64,000 nucleotides of DNA. It comes from an uncultured Desulfospira sp. Its GTDB lineage: Bacteria > Desulfobacterota > Desulfobacteria > Desulfobacterales > Desulfobacteraceae. Positions 9,160 through 18,362 of this stretch are shown here, piece by piece; within the stretch, counting starts at the first letter, position 1; every line of letters starts with the position of its first letter. A program made the position numbers and the translations under genes. The stretch lies in the NCBI GenBank assembly GCA_963663165.1, contig OY760175.1, positions 6,208,001-6,272,000 of the forward strand, in the 5' to 3' direction. The notes below the pieces were generated by a model, which saw nothing but the letters and a program-made list of their open reading frames with translations, was not told the origin of the DNA and did no database searches.

Positions 9160-10407
9160 ATGCCGAAAGCCCCATTAACAAAGAAGTTCATTGACGGATT
9201 GGAATTTGCGCCTGCCGGTAAACCGTTATTTTACTGGGATACTAAGCTCAATGGACTTGGGCTTAAAGTCACATCACAGAAAAAGATTTTCCTGGCTCAA
9301 GCATATGTTAAAAATCTTGGTAAAAGGCGCCGGGTTACTCTCGGTTCCTATGGGGCGTTGACCCTCAAGCAAGCCGAAGAGGCCGCCAAGAAAACACTTG
9401 GGGAAATGGCTATAGGTGGCGACCCATCAGCAGAAAGAAAGAAAAAGAAGGCTGAAAACGTGACCCTTGACCAGGTGGTGGGCTCTTATCTTAAATCAAA
9501 GACATTAAAACCCCTCTCCATTAAAGACATCAAAACCCATAGGGATTTCAATTTCAAAGCCTGGAAAAATAAGCCTTTATCACAGATAAACCGGGAGGAT
9601 GTGAAAAAGAAGTTTATGGAGATAACCAAGAGATCTCCAGCTCAGGCGAACCAGGCATTTAGGAATTTCCGGGCCTGGTGGAACTATGCCATTGCCGAAT
9701 ACCGGTACCCGAATGATACCCCCGTGTTCGGTGAAAATCCGGTCAACATCCTGTCTGAACAAAAGATATGGAACCAGGTAAAACCCCGGGATGGAAAGAT
9801 CCCAGTCAACAAGGTGGGAATTGCCTGGAATACACTTAAGGATTTGAACAGATCCCCTGTGCAGTCTCCGGCAAGCAGGACCATGGTGGATGCCGCAATT
9901 TTTATCCTTCTGACCGGTGGCCGACTGGATGAAGCCACGGCCTTGACCTGGGGCCGGGTAAACACAGAGGAGGGGTGGTGGCATCTGGATGACCCGAAGA
10001 ATCACCGGGCCGTTACTTTTCCCCTTTCAAAAGTCGCCTGTGAAATCATTGAAAGCCGTCCACGGGTTAATGAATATGTTTTCGGCTCCAAAGGAAAATA
10101 CGGGCATATCACCGAGATCCGGACTCCTATGAAAAAAATATCAGAGGCCATCGGGGTGAAGGTAACCGCTCATGACCTGCGCCGGACGTTTAAGGCCATG
10201 GCCATTGAGAACCAGATTGAATTATGGAAAGCGAACCTGTTGACAAACCATCAGGAATCCGGGGTGGCGATCAAACATTATGTAGAAACCTCAGACCTGC
10301 AATATTTCCGGCAGGAGGTGAACATCATCGCTGATTGGGTGGAGGAACAGGCCGGGATTGCTAAAACGGATAATGTTATTTCCATGGTAGAAAGGCAGCG
10401 GGCCTAA
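9160..10407 (+). CDS. Tyrosine integrase with N-terminal arm-DNA-binding domain
   Basis: YWDTKLNGLGL...RVTLGSYGALTL; catalytic R (TGGRLDE), K (PKN), HDLRR, NH, Y (KHY); GAGGAGG spacing favours ATG 9160. Confidence 0.95.
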   Translation: MPKAPLTKKFIDGLEFAPAGKPLFYWDTKLNGLGLKVTSQKKIFLAQAYVKNLGKRRRVTLGSYGALTLKQAEEAAKKTLGEMAIGGDPSAERKKKKAENVTLDQVVGSYLKSKTLKPLSIKDIKTHRDFNFKAWKNKPLSQINREDVKKKFMEITKRSPAQANQAFRNFRAWWNYAIAEYRYPNDTPVFGENPVNILSEQKIWNQVKPRDGKIPVNKVGIAWNTLKDLNRSPVQSPASRTMVDAAIFILLTGGRLDEATALTWGRVNTEEGWWHLDDPKNHRAVTFPLSKVACEIIESRPRVNEYVFGSKGKYGHITEIRTPMKKISEAIGVKVTAHDLRRTFKAMAIENQIELWKANLLTNHQESGVAIKHYVETSDLQYFRQEVNIIADWVEEQAGIAKTDNVISMVERQRA

Positions 10408-10457
10408 GTGAAAGTTATTACAAATTAACGGGATTTAATATATACTAAAAGGAAAAT

Positions 10458-10697
10458 ATGAGCCCTACAATATTACGGGAAAAGGGTTACCGTTTCTTTT
10501 TCTTTTCAAGAGAAGAAACGCGAATGCATGTCCACATTTATGGTGGAAACGGCGAGGCAAAATTCTGGCTGGAACCTGAAATCGAATTAGCCAGGAACCA
10601 TGGGTTATCCAGGTTGGAATTAAAACAAATCGAAAATATAATAGAGGGTTATCATGAGCAGTTCAAAACCGCTTGGCAAAAACATTTCGGGGGTTGA
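10458..10697 (+). CDS. DUF4160 family protein (putative TA toxin)
   Basis: MSPTILREKGYRFFFFSREE..HVH..GEAKFWLEP pattern. Confidence 0.85.
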   Translation: MSPTILREKGYRFFFFSREETRMHVHIYGGNGEAKFWLEPEIELARNHGLSRLELKQIENIIEGYHEQFKTAWQKHFGG

Positions 10698-10950
10698 GGT
10701 TACCAACATCTCCACCCATGGAATCTGGCTGTTATCAGGAGATAAAGAGTTATTTCTTGCTTATGACCATTTCCCCTGGTTCAAGGACGTTTCAATTGGG
10801 AAAATAATCAATGTTGAAGAACCCAGCCCTGGCCATTTTTATTGGCCGGATCTTGATGTTGATTTGGGGCTTGAGTCCATTGAGCATCCGGAGCGGTTTC
10901 CTCTTATCTCCAAAGGGAATGTTATATCTTCAAATCTTGAAACAGTATAA
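10654..10950 (+). CDS. DUF2442 family protein (putative antitoxin)
   Basis: ELFLAYDHFPWF...FYWPDLDVDL; overlaps the DUF4160 gene. Confidence 0.85.
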   Translation: MSSSKPLGKNISGVEVTNISTHGIWLLSGDKELFLAYDHFPWFKDVSIGKIINVEEPSPGHFYWPDLDVDLGLESIEHPERFPLISKGNVISSNLETV

Positions 10951-11599
10951 CCCCTTCCCCGGGATAGAAACTGGCTGATCACTGGTTTTGAATGGCGGTC
11001 TTCCTGAACCGTTTTTCCCGGGAAGAGGCTTTGAATACGACGAATCAAAACCGGCCACAAATAGCAGACAGATAAAATTCATCGAGAGGTATCTCTTCAT
11101 TTCCCCCCCCTGCGGGTGCAATCCCATTTAGTGGCATGAACTGACATGTATCCAATTTTTCCGTTTTTCATGCTGCATTGAATACTCTGCCCTCCCAAAA
11201 AAAGCTGGACTCCTGGCTCATGAAAGGTTATATAGATTTGCATGAGCAGGACTTTAACCATTCAAGGACGTGAATTTTCAGAAGTTGATATACAAACGAT
11301 ACGCCATTTGATTAACGACAATCCCGCCTGGCACCGCACTCGTTTATCCAAAGAATTGTGTGCTCGCTGGGATTGGCGCACGGAAAAAGGTCTGCTCAAG
11401 GACATGGCCTGTCGAAGCATGCTGAGAAAACTTGAGCAAAAAGGGATGGTCACACTTCCCGTTGCCCGTCATAGCGGTAACCGTCAGCGGCGTATTCCCG
11501 ATGTCCCCCATGATTGTAAGCCGATAGAAACCACTTTGCGTAAGATCCGCCCGATACAATTGATACCGGTATCGGGCCGTGGAGATATTGATGATTTAT

Positions 11600-12185
11600 T
11601 GTTTCTGTAAAAGGTTAAAACCCCCGCCTTTAGGCGGGTAGCATTTTGCCAGTAGTTGTTTTATAGTGCTTTACATGAGCTATCGGCAAAACAGTCATAC
11701 GAAGTTCAAAATAGAGTATCACTTTGTTTGGGTAACCAAATACCGATATCACGTATTGCAGGGGGATGTTGCATTGCGAGTCAGAGAACTCGTACGCCAA
11801 ACTTGTGAAAGGTTCGAAATCCACATTTTGCGTGGAGTTGTAAGCAAAGATCACGTTCACATCCTGGTTTCGGCACCACCGAACATTTCTCCTTCGGATA
11901 TAATGCGTCGGATCAAAGGCCGAGTGTCTCGAAAAGTGTTTGAGGAATTTCCTCATTTGAAGAAACGGTATTGGGGCAAGCATTTTTGGGCCCGTGGGTA
12001 TTTTTGTGTGACCGTTGGTGAGTTGACAAAGGAAATGATTCAGGAATATCTCGAACATCATTTTGAAAAAGACCCTAATGACCATTTTGATGTAGAGTGA
12101 CGCATTTCAACCGGCTATTGCCGGTATCGCTGGACTTTCAGTCCGCGCTCTTAAACCCACCGGCTTTAAGCCGGTGGTTGTTTAG
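11600..12185 (+). mobile_element. IS200/IS605-family element, tnpA only
   Basis: Subterminal hairpins CCCGCC-TTTA-GGCGGG and CCACCGGC-TTTAA-GCCGGTGG; inserted 3' of TTAT with no TSD (boundary +/-1 T). Confidence 0.92.
11675..12100 (+). CDS. tnpA: Y1 HUH transposase
   Basis: YHFVWVTKYR, DHVHIL, FWARGYF, catalytic Tyr in IQEYLE. Confidence 0.96.
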   Translation: MSYRQNSHTKFKIEYHFVWVTKYRYHVLQGDVALRVRELVRQTCERFEIHILRGVVSKDHVHILVSAPPNISPSDIMRRIKGRVSRKVFEEFPHLKKRYWGKHFWARGYFCVTVGELTKEMIQEYLEHHFEKDPNDHFDVE

Positions 12186-12757
12186 TCCATTGCCTTATGG
12201 ATCGATATCATTACCTTGGGTGTAAAGGGTATGTCGGAGAACATATGAAGTATATGGCTTTTGATCGCAATTCTCGTCCGGTTGCCTGCCTGCTTTTTGG
12301 CTCAGCAGCATGGAAAACGGCCCCTCGTGACCGATTCATCGGTTGGGATAGGTCGGCTCGTCGCAGGAACCTGCATATGACGACCAACAATACCCGATTT
12401 TTGATTTTGCCATGGATTCGAATTCCCCATCTTGCCAGTCATATTCTGGGTTCATGTCTTAGGCGGCTGAGCCGGGACTGGACAGCTAAATATGGTCACG
12501 ATATCTGTCTGGTAGAAACTTTCGTGGATCGATCACGCTTTGCCGGAACTTGCTACCAGGCGGCAAATTGGCAAAAAATTGGTCAAAGCAAAGGGCGAAG
12601 CCGTCAAGACAGGCACCACAGACTTCAGGTGCCGATAAAAGACATCTATGTATACCCGTTGACTTCCAATTATAAAAAGCAGCTATGCACACAACCTTGA
12701 GGGTTTCAGTCATCGAAATGACAGGTAATTTTTCAACCTGCAATTCGAGGACTGATC

Positions 12758-14158
12758 ATGAAACTTGCTTCCACTATAAGGGATATTCGAACCCTTCTAA
12801 CAAAAGCCGTAGCTGATTTCCAAAACCATCAAAATGCTAATATCCTGTGTGAGCAGGTACGGAACGGCCTCTTCATTATTGTGGAAGCATTTCTGGTTCC
12901 CGTCATTGAAAAGGCACTGTCTGACCCGGATCTTTTATCTGAACTGAAAATTGGTGCCGGTAAAAAGGGACTGCGTTTCAACGGATACCGCCCCAGCAGC
13001 ATTCGATTATTGACAGGAACTACCCTGAGCATCCGATCCCCTTACTTTTCAAAAGTTGTTTCCAAACAACGGCCAGGCCCTAAAACAAAAAAACGACAAA
13101 AGGGGACAGGCCGCCATTTTGGGCTTGATTACCTTGGTTTTATCGGCAGGTGTTCAACGCTGTTCGCTTCGTCGGTGGTCCATGCAGCATTGCTCTGTCC
13201 CTCTTTTGAAATTGCCCGAAGATCCCTGGAAAACCATGCAATCAACTTAAATGTCAAAACCATACGCCGCATAACAATGAATCTTGCACAGGAAGCTATG
13301 CCCCTGCGTGGCCGGGTATCTTTTGGAGATACTGATCGCGTTGGTGGCAAAACGGTTCTGGTTTGTATCGACGGCGGTCGCCTTCGAGAACGGAGGCCAA
13401 AACGGGGACGTAAATCAAAAGGCCAAAAGCGGCAGGGATATCATGCTGAATGGAAAGAACCCATTCAGTTTGTCATACATATTGTCGATCCGGACGGCAC
13501 AATATCCAAAAAACACTTGCCGGTTTATGATGCCACAATGGGCGGTATTGATGCCGCTTTTGATATTCTTGAGATCTACTTGCGTGAATTAGATATTCCC
13601 AAAGCCAAGCGTGTTGTTTTCTGCTGTGACGGTGCACGTAGCTATTGGAAGCGAACAGGCCCGCTGGCCAAACGGCTTGAAATCGAATCCTATTATGAGG
13701 TAATCGACTACACCCATGCAAAACAGAATTTACATGAAATCGTGGACAAATTGCCAAAGAGAATCCCTATAAAAGAAAGAAACCGGATAGCAGAATCTTG
13801 GAAGAACCTCCTTTGGGATGGCAGATTCAAAGACCTTAGAAAAGAAATTGTAAAACACATTACGTACCCTAAAAGGCGCATAGAAGCACTATCCAAATTT
13901 AAAAGTTACTTCGTGAAAAATCGAAACAGAATGCAGTATCGCCAGTTCCGCAGCCTGAAAATACCTACTGGCAGCGGCTGTGTTGAAAGTGCAATACGTC
14001 GGGTTATAAATCTCAGAATGAAATCACCGGGTATATTCTGGAAACCGGAAACATCCGAATCAATGTTGTTCTTAAGGAGTCAGCTCCTTTCCGGGAGGTG
14101 GAACATCTTGACTGACAATATCTTCATACAAATTCGGTCACTTTGCTTAGGCCACTAA
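12758..14158 (+). CDS. ISKra4/ISLre2-like DDE transposase
   Basis: CIDGG, CCDGA, DYTH (D-x2-H), GSGCVESAIRRVINLRMKSPGIFW. Confidence 0.85.
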   Translation: MKLASTIRDIRTLLTKAVADFQNHQNANILCEQVRNGLFIIVEAFLVPVIEKALSDPDLLSELKIGAGKKGLRFNGYRPSSIRLLTGTTLSIRSPYFSKVVSKQRPGPKTKKRQKGTGRHFGLDYLGFIGRCSTLFASSVVHAALLCPSFEIARRSLENHAINLNVKTIRRITMNLAQEAMPLRGRVSFGDTDRVGGKTVLVCIDGGRLRERRPKRGRKSKGQKRQGYHAEWKEPIQFVIHIVDPDGTISKKHLPVYDATMGGIDAAFDILEIYLRELDIPKAKRVVFCCDGARSYWKRTGPLAKRLEIESYYEVIDYTHAKQNLHEIVDKLPKRIPIKERNRIAESWKNLLWDGRFKDLRKEIVKHITYPKRRIEALSKFKSYFVKNRNRMQYRQFRSLKIPTGSGCVESAIRRVINLRMKSPGIFWKPETSESMLFLRSQLLSGRWNILTDNIFIQIRSLCLGH

Positions 14159-14172
14159 ATGGGAATGCACCC

Positions 14173-14314
14173 AACCGCCAGTTGCCTCTGCAAGTTGTTG
14201 ACGAGGGATACCACCTGGGAACTTCTCAGTTAATTTTTTCTCAAAAGCCTTCAAAATCGTCTCGATACCCCAAGGTTCCTGACAATTCTGATTTTCATTC
14301 GTGATGCTTTCCAT
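14173..14314 (-). pseudogene. Excisionase/AlpA-like small gene truncated by the IS
   Basis: MESITNENQNCQEPWGIETILKAFEKKLTEKFPGGIPRQQLAEATGG, cut exactly at the TIR; TGAACACCTG x2 at 14354-14373 upstream. Confidence 0.5.
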
Positions 14315-14822
14315 TTAAGATCCTTTATTCTTTTTTCAAGTTGTGTCGAAAAATGAACACCTGTGAACACCTGAAATACTATGGCATATATTCAGTCTCT
14401 ACAATCGAACAGTCATACATAGCCTTCTATGGTGGAAAAAGAGGGGGGAAGGATTTTTAACACGGTCTTTTTATTGGCCACTCAGGTTCCTGAAATTTTG
14501 ATGAGGAGTTTAAAACGGTTCCGAAAGATGTATGAAGATTGAAGAACGGTAGCAACGCAACGCTTAGAGATCGTTTCAGCGGTGAGCAGTATCATCAAAA
14601 AGGCTGTGGAGGCCGGCTGTATAAAGCCATATGATGAAGGCGCGAGTCTCAGAACGATACGGTATATTCCCTAAAAAAAGAGACGAAGGCGTCATGAATT
14701 ATAAAAACCGGAGCAATTCCTTAAAAAATAAAATATCAGCCGCTTGCTTCCTATTTGCTTCCTGGAACAATTCTCAAATAAAAAAAGGAGCGCCGTTTGA
14801 TGGCTAACTCCTTGTTTTTACT

Positions 14823-14909
14823 TGGTACCGGAGGTCGGACTTGAACCGACAAGGGCTTGCGCCCGGAGGATTTTGAGTCCTCTGCGTCTACCAATTCCAC
14901 CACTCCGGC
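14823..14909 (-). tRNA. tRNA-Leu(CAA)
   Basis: 87 nt; anticodon arm GAGGA-CTCAAAA-TCCTC; long variable arm; GGTTCAAGTCC; encoded CCA. Confidence 0.97.
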
Positions 14910-15123
14910 ATGAGGGTCTTTTAATAATGGAAAATCTGGAATTTGTCAATTGGTTTATGCAAGATTGGTTTTGAAATCAGGGCTTAAATTGTATATAGTT
15001 AAGACAGCGTTCTACTTTTCAGCATTTTTTTGAATTCAGTCAAAACTTAAAACCCGGGGCAACAGTTTTTTTTCGACCCACGATCGTATGCTTGACCAAC
15101 TCATTTCATGAAAGGATGGGGGT

Positions 15124-15885
15124 ATGAAATTCACCTTCCGGATATTGGTTCTGGCTTTGGGCCTTTGGGGTGCCTCCCTGGGCAGCGGGGTGGCCGAAGA
15201 ACAAACTCTGCGACTGGCCACCGATCCCTGGCCCCCTTATTCTATCGGGTTCTCGGGCGGCAAGCTCCAAGGGGGGTATGCCCTCGAGGTGGGAACAGCA
15301 CTGAGCCGGCATTTGAATTGTGATTTCAAAGCAGATCTTTTTCCATGGAGACGGGTTCTGCTGTATATGGAAAAGGGGAATTACGATATAACATTTCCGG
15401 TCCAATACAAACCTGACCGCGAAAGGTTTATGGTTTTCAGTGATGTGGTGCTTGAGGACCGCGTTTTTGTGTGGCTGCTCAAAGACCGGCAAGACGATCT
15501 GGTCAACTGGCAGACCATTGACGATTTGAAACCGTATAAATTCGGGATTGTCTCAGGCTATACCTACCAGGCACAAATGGATGAGGCCCTGGAAAAACGA
15601 ATTATCCGGTCTGAGCAGTCGTTCTCTGCTGAACCCAATTTTATAAAGCTTATAGGGAAGCGGTTTGATGCCGTGCTTGAGAGTGAATCCGTTGTGTTGA
15701 GCTTTTTTAAGAAGAATCCGGAATGGCGCCAACAGATCATCCACGCACCCACAGTGGTCGCCAAGGATGAGTTCCGGATCGGTATTTCAAAAAAATCAAC
15801 CTTTGCAAAGATGCTGCCGCAGATCAATCAGGTGATCCAAAAGATGAAGGATGACGGAACCATTAACCGGATCACAGGGCAATGA
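15124..15885 (+). CDS. Periplasmic substrate-binding protein (family 3), orphan
   Basis: Signal peptide; WPPY, PWRR, GIVSGYTY, KMKDDGT. Confidence 0.85.
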   Translation: MKFTFRILVLALGLWGASLGSGVAEEQTLRLATDPWPPYSIGFSGGKLQGGYALEVGTALSRHLNCDFKADLFPWRRVLLYMEKGNYDITFPVQYKPDRERFMVFSDVVLEDRVFVWLLKDRQDDLVNWQTIDDLKPYKFGIVSGYTYQAQMDEALEKRIIRSEQSFSAEPNFIKLIGKRFDAVLESESVVLSFFKKNPEWRQQIIHAPTVVAKDEFRIGISKKSTFAKMLPQINQVIQKMKDDGTINRITGQ

Positions 15886-15958
15886 CCGTGGAATCTCCAT
15901 TAAGGTATCGCTTCGGCCGGCCGCAGAACAGCATCCAGCCGGTATGAAAGGATGAAGT

Positions 15959-16609
15959 TCACCAGGGTGGTTTCAGGGTATTGTGAATTTCCAGGATGGG
16001 AATGGTTCCTTCTCTTAAAAGGGCGGGCGGGTCAGTGGTAAGATCAAGAACTGTAGAGCCGGCACCGCCTTTGAGGGGGCCCGCGTCCAGGATAAGATGG
16101 ACACCGTCAATCAGGGCCTTGCAAAGCCAGGACGGGTTTTTGCAGCCCGGCTGCCCGGAAAGGTTGGCGCTGGTGCCGGTAACCGGGGTGCCGGCGGCCA
16201 GGACCAGGGCTCGGGCCACAGGATGGGCCGGCAAGCGGATGCCGATCTTTCCGGTTTTGCCGGTTAACACTGAAGGCAGGGCAGGGGATGCCTCAAACAC
16301 CAGGGTGAGGCTGCCGGGCCAGAAGTTGTCCATGAGAATTTCAGCGGTCTGGGGGATATGCCGGACCAGGGGCGGGATGTCGTCTCGGCTGTTTACCAGG
16401 ATCAAAAGGGGCTTTTCGGCCGGTCTTTGTTTGAGGGAAAATATTTGTTTGACAGCCCCGGGGTTTAAGGCGTCTGCGGCCAGGCCGTAAAGGGTCTGGG
16501 TCGGGAAAATGACCAGGCCCTGGTGGTTGATAATTTTTCCGGCTTTTTGGATGGGTTCCGGGTCCGGGCAGTTGGGATCTACCCGGACCCATTTTGTTTC
16601 ATCAGGCAA
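15959..16609 (-). CDS. tsaC: Threonylcarbamoyl-AMP synthase (Sua5/YrdC)
   Basis: FPTQTLYGL, KQRPAEKP, FWPGSLT, TSANLSG; probable TTG start overlapping the purDE stop (start uncertain). Confidence 0.9.
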   Translation of the reverse strand: MPDETKWVRVDPNCPDPEPIQKAGKIINHQGLVIFPTQTLYGLAADALNPGAVKQIFSLKQRPAEKPLLILVNSRDDIPPLVRHIPQTAEILMDNFWPGSLTLVFEASPALPSVLTGKTGKIGIRLPAHPVARALVLAAGTPVTGTSANLSGQPGCKNPSWLCKALIDGVHLILDAGPLKGGAGSTVLDLTTDPPALLREGTIPILEIHNTLKPPW

Positions 16610-18362
16610 TGGACAGGGCCTTTTTCTGAACCTTGGCTGCCATATCTTTTTTAAATTGGGCCAGTTTTTCAGCCATTTCCGGATCAGACACACTCAGGAT
16701 CTGGGCGGCGGTAATACCGGCGTTCTGTGCCCCGGATTTGCCGATGGCCATGGTGGATACCGGAATGCCCGGGGGCATCTGGACTGTTGCCAGCAGGGCA
16801 TCCATGCCCTGAAGGGCAGACGACGGAATGGGGACCCCTAACACCGGCAAGGTGGTGTGGGCGGCCATAACCCCGGCCAGATGGGCGGCGTGTCCGGCCC
16901 CGCAAATTAATACCTTTATCCCCTTGTCCCGGGCCTCTATGGCCAGTTTGGCCGCCTGGTCCGGGGTCCGGTGGGCCGATGCCACGGTTACATAATAAGG
17001 GATGTCAAATTGCTTGAGCATGGACAAGGTCTTTGCCATCACGGGAAAGTCTGAGTCGCTGCCCATGATCACCCCGACCTTGGGGGGGATGGCGAACCGT
17101 TTAAGGGCCTTGCTGCCGATATCTTTCCGGTAAAAATGGTCTTTAAAGGAAATTTTGGCGCAGGCCTGGTAGGCAGTTTCAATGGCCTTTTCAACCGAAT
17201 CCCCAAGGGCAGTCACCCCCAGGACCCGGCCGCCGGATGCCACCACTTTGTCCCCATCCATGGCTGTGCCGGCGTGGAAGACAACCGTGTCTTCCCCTGC
17301 AGCCGCATCAAGGCCGTCAATGGGATTTCCTTTTTCATAGGAGCCGGGATACCCGCCGGCTGAAATCACAACGCAGACGGCGGCTCTCGGATCAATATCA
17401 ATGGTGTGCCGGTGCAGGGTGCCGTCGCAGCAGGCTTCCATGAGGGGCACCAGGTCATTTTTAACCCGCATGAGAATGGGCTGGGTTTCAGGATCTCCCA
17501 ACCGGACATTGAATTCCAGGACCTTGATTTTATCTTTTTTGACCATGAGCCCGGCATACAGCACCCCTTTAAACGGGGAGCCCTCTTTTGCCATGCCCTT
17601 GACCGCCGGAATCATGACCTCTTCCATGGCCTTAAGGCGCATCATGTGGTCCAGGACCGGGGCCGGTGAATAGGCGCCCATGCCGCCGGTGTTAGGCCCT
17701 TCATCATTATCATATGCCCGTTTGTGGTCCTGGGATTCGGGCAGGGCCAGAACGGTTTTTCCGTCGGTAAAAACGATAAAAGAGGCCTCTTCGCCTTCAA
17801 GGCATTCCTCTACCACGATGGTCTGTCCCGCATCCTGGAACACTTTGTCCACCAGCATGGCGTCAATGGCCTGTTCGGCCTGTTCAAGGCTCTCACAGAC
17901 CACCACCCCTTTGCCGGCAGCCAGGCCGTCGGCCTTGACCACGCAGGGAGCCCCAAGGGCCCTGGCATATGCTTTGGCCCGTTCAGGATTGGTAAAGGCT
18001 TTGCCCATGGCGCAGGGGATATTGTATTTGATCATATGGTTTTTTGAAAAGACCTTGGAGCCTTCCAGCATGGCGCCTGCCCCTGCAGGGCCGAATACCT
18101 TGAGCCCCTTTTGTTCAAACAAATCAACGATGCCTTTGACCAGGGGCGCTTCAGGTCCTACAACGGTGAGGTCAATCTGTTTGTCCAGGGCAAAGGCTGC
18201 CAGGGATTCGATGTCTTCGGCATCAATGGGGACCGGTTCCGCCAGGCTTCGGGTGCCGGCATTGCCCGGAGCACAGTAAATTTTTTCAACCAACGGGCTT
18301 TGGGAAATTTTCCAGGTCAGGGTGTGTTCGCGGCCGCCGCTGCCGACAACGAGAATTTTCAT
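16602..18362 (-). CDS. purD: GAR synthetase fused to PurE (PurD-PurE)
   Basis: GSGGREH, KADGLAAGKGV, GPNTGGMGAY, then MGSDSD, SAHRTP, QMPPGIPV. Confidence 0.97.
   Translation of the reverse strand: MKILVVGSGGREHTLTWKISQSPLVEKIYCAPGNAGTRSLAEPVPIDAEDIESLAAFALDKQIDLTVVGPEAPLVKGIVDLFEQKGLKVFGPAGAGAMLEGSKVFSKNHMIKYNIPCAMGKAFTNPERAKAYARALGAPCVVKADGLAAGKGVVVCESLEQAEQAIDAMLVDKVFQDAGQTIVVEECLEGEEASFIVFTDGKTVLALPESQDHKRAYDNDEGPNTGGMGAYSPAPVLDHMMRLKAMEEVMIPAVKGMAKEGSPFKGVLYAGLMVKKDKIKVLEFNVRLGDPETQPILMRVKNDLVPLMEACCDGTLHRHTIDIDPRAAVCVVISAGGYPGSYEKGNPIDGLDAAAGEDTVVFHAGTAMDGDKVVASGGRVLGVTALGDSVEKAIETAYQACAKISFKDHFYRKDIGSKALKRFAIPPKVGVIMGSDSDFPVMAKTLSMLKQFDIPYYVTVASAHRTPDQAAKLAIEARDKGIKVLICGAGHAAHLAGVMAAHTTLPVLGVPIPSSALQGMDALLATVQMPPGIPVSTMAIGKSGAQNAGITAAQILSVSDPEMAEKLAQFKKDMAAKVQKKALSIA

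Larger units (their letters stand above)
11242..12700 (+). pseudogene. DUF4338 (DruA-like) gene interrupted by IS200
   Basis: Joining 11599 to 12186 gives in-frame GDIDDLF-HCLMDRYHYLG, 290 aa; NNTRFLILPW, ETFVD, GTCYQAANW. Confidence 0.9.
11114..14172 (+). mobile_element. ISKra4-like (Mutator-type DDE) IS with DUF4338 passenger
   Basis: 22-bp TIRs GGGTGCAATCCCATTTAGTGGC / GCCACTAAATGGGAATGCACCC (1 mismatch); no TSD. Confidence 0.88.
8927..14882. mobile_element. Decayed integrative island at tRNA-Leu(CAA)
   Basis: 60-bp direct repeats at both ends; integrase next to one; visibly AT-richer cargo. Confidence 0.93.

Noticed and set aside
12100..12185. TnpB/IscB with omegaRNA
   Set aside because: No nuclease ORF; only 85 bp of right-end hairpins
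11242..12700. Druantia defence system
   Set aside because: Only a DUF4338 gene inside IS ends; no other dru genes adjacent, and the DUF1998 helicase 21 kb away is YprA/MrfA-like
14400..14700. Additional island genes
   Set aside because: Only short stop-ridden fragments that I cannot assign
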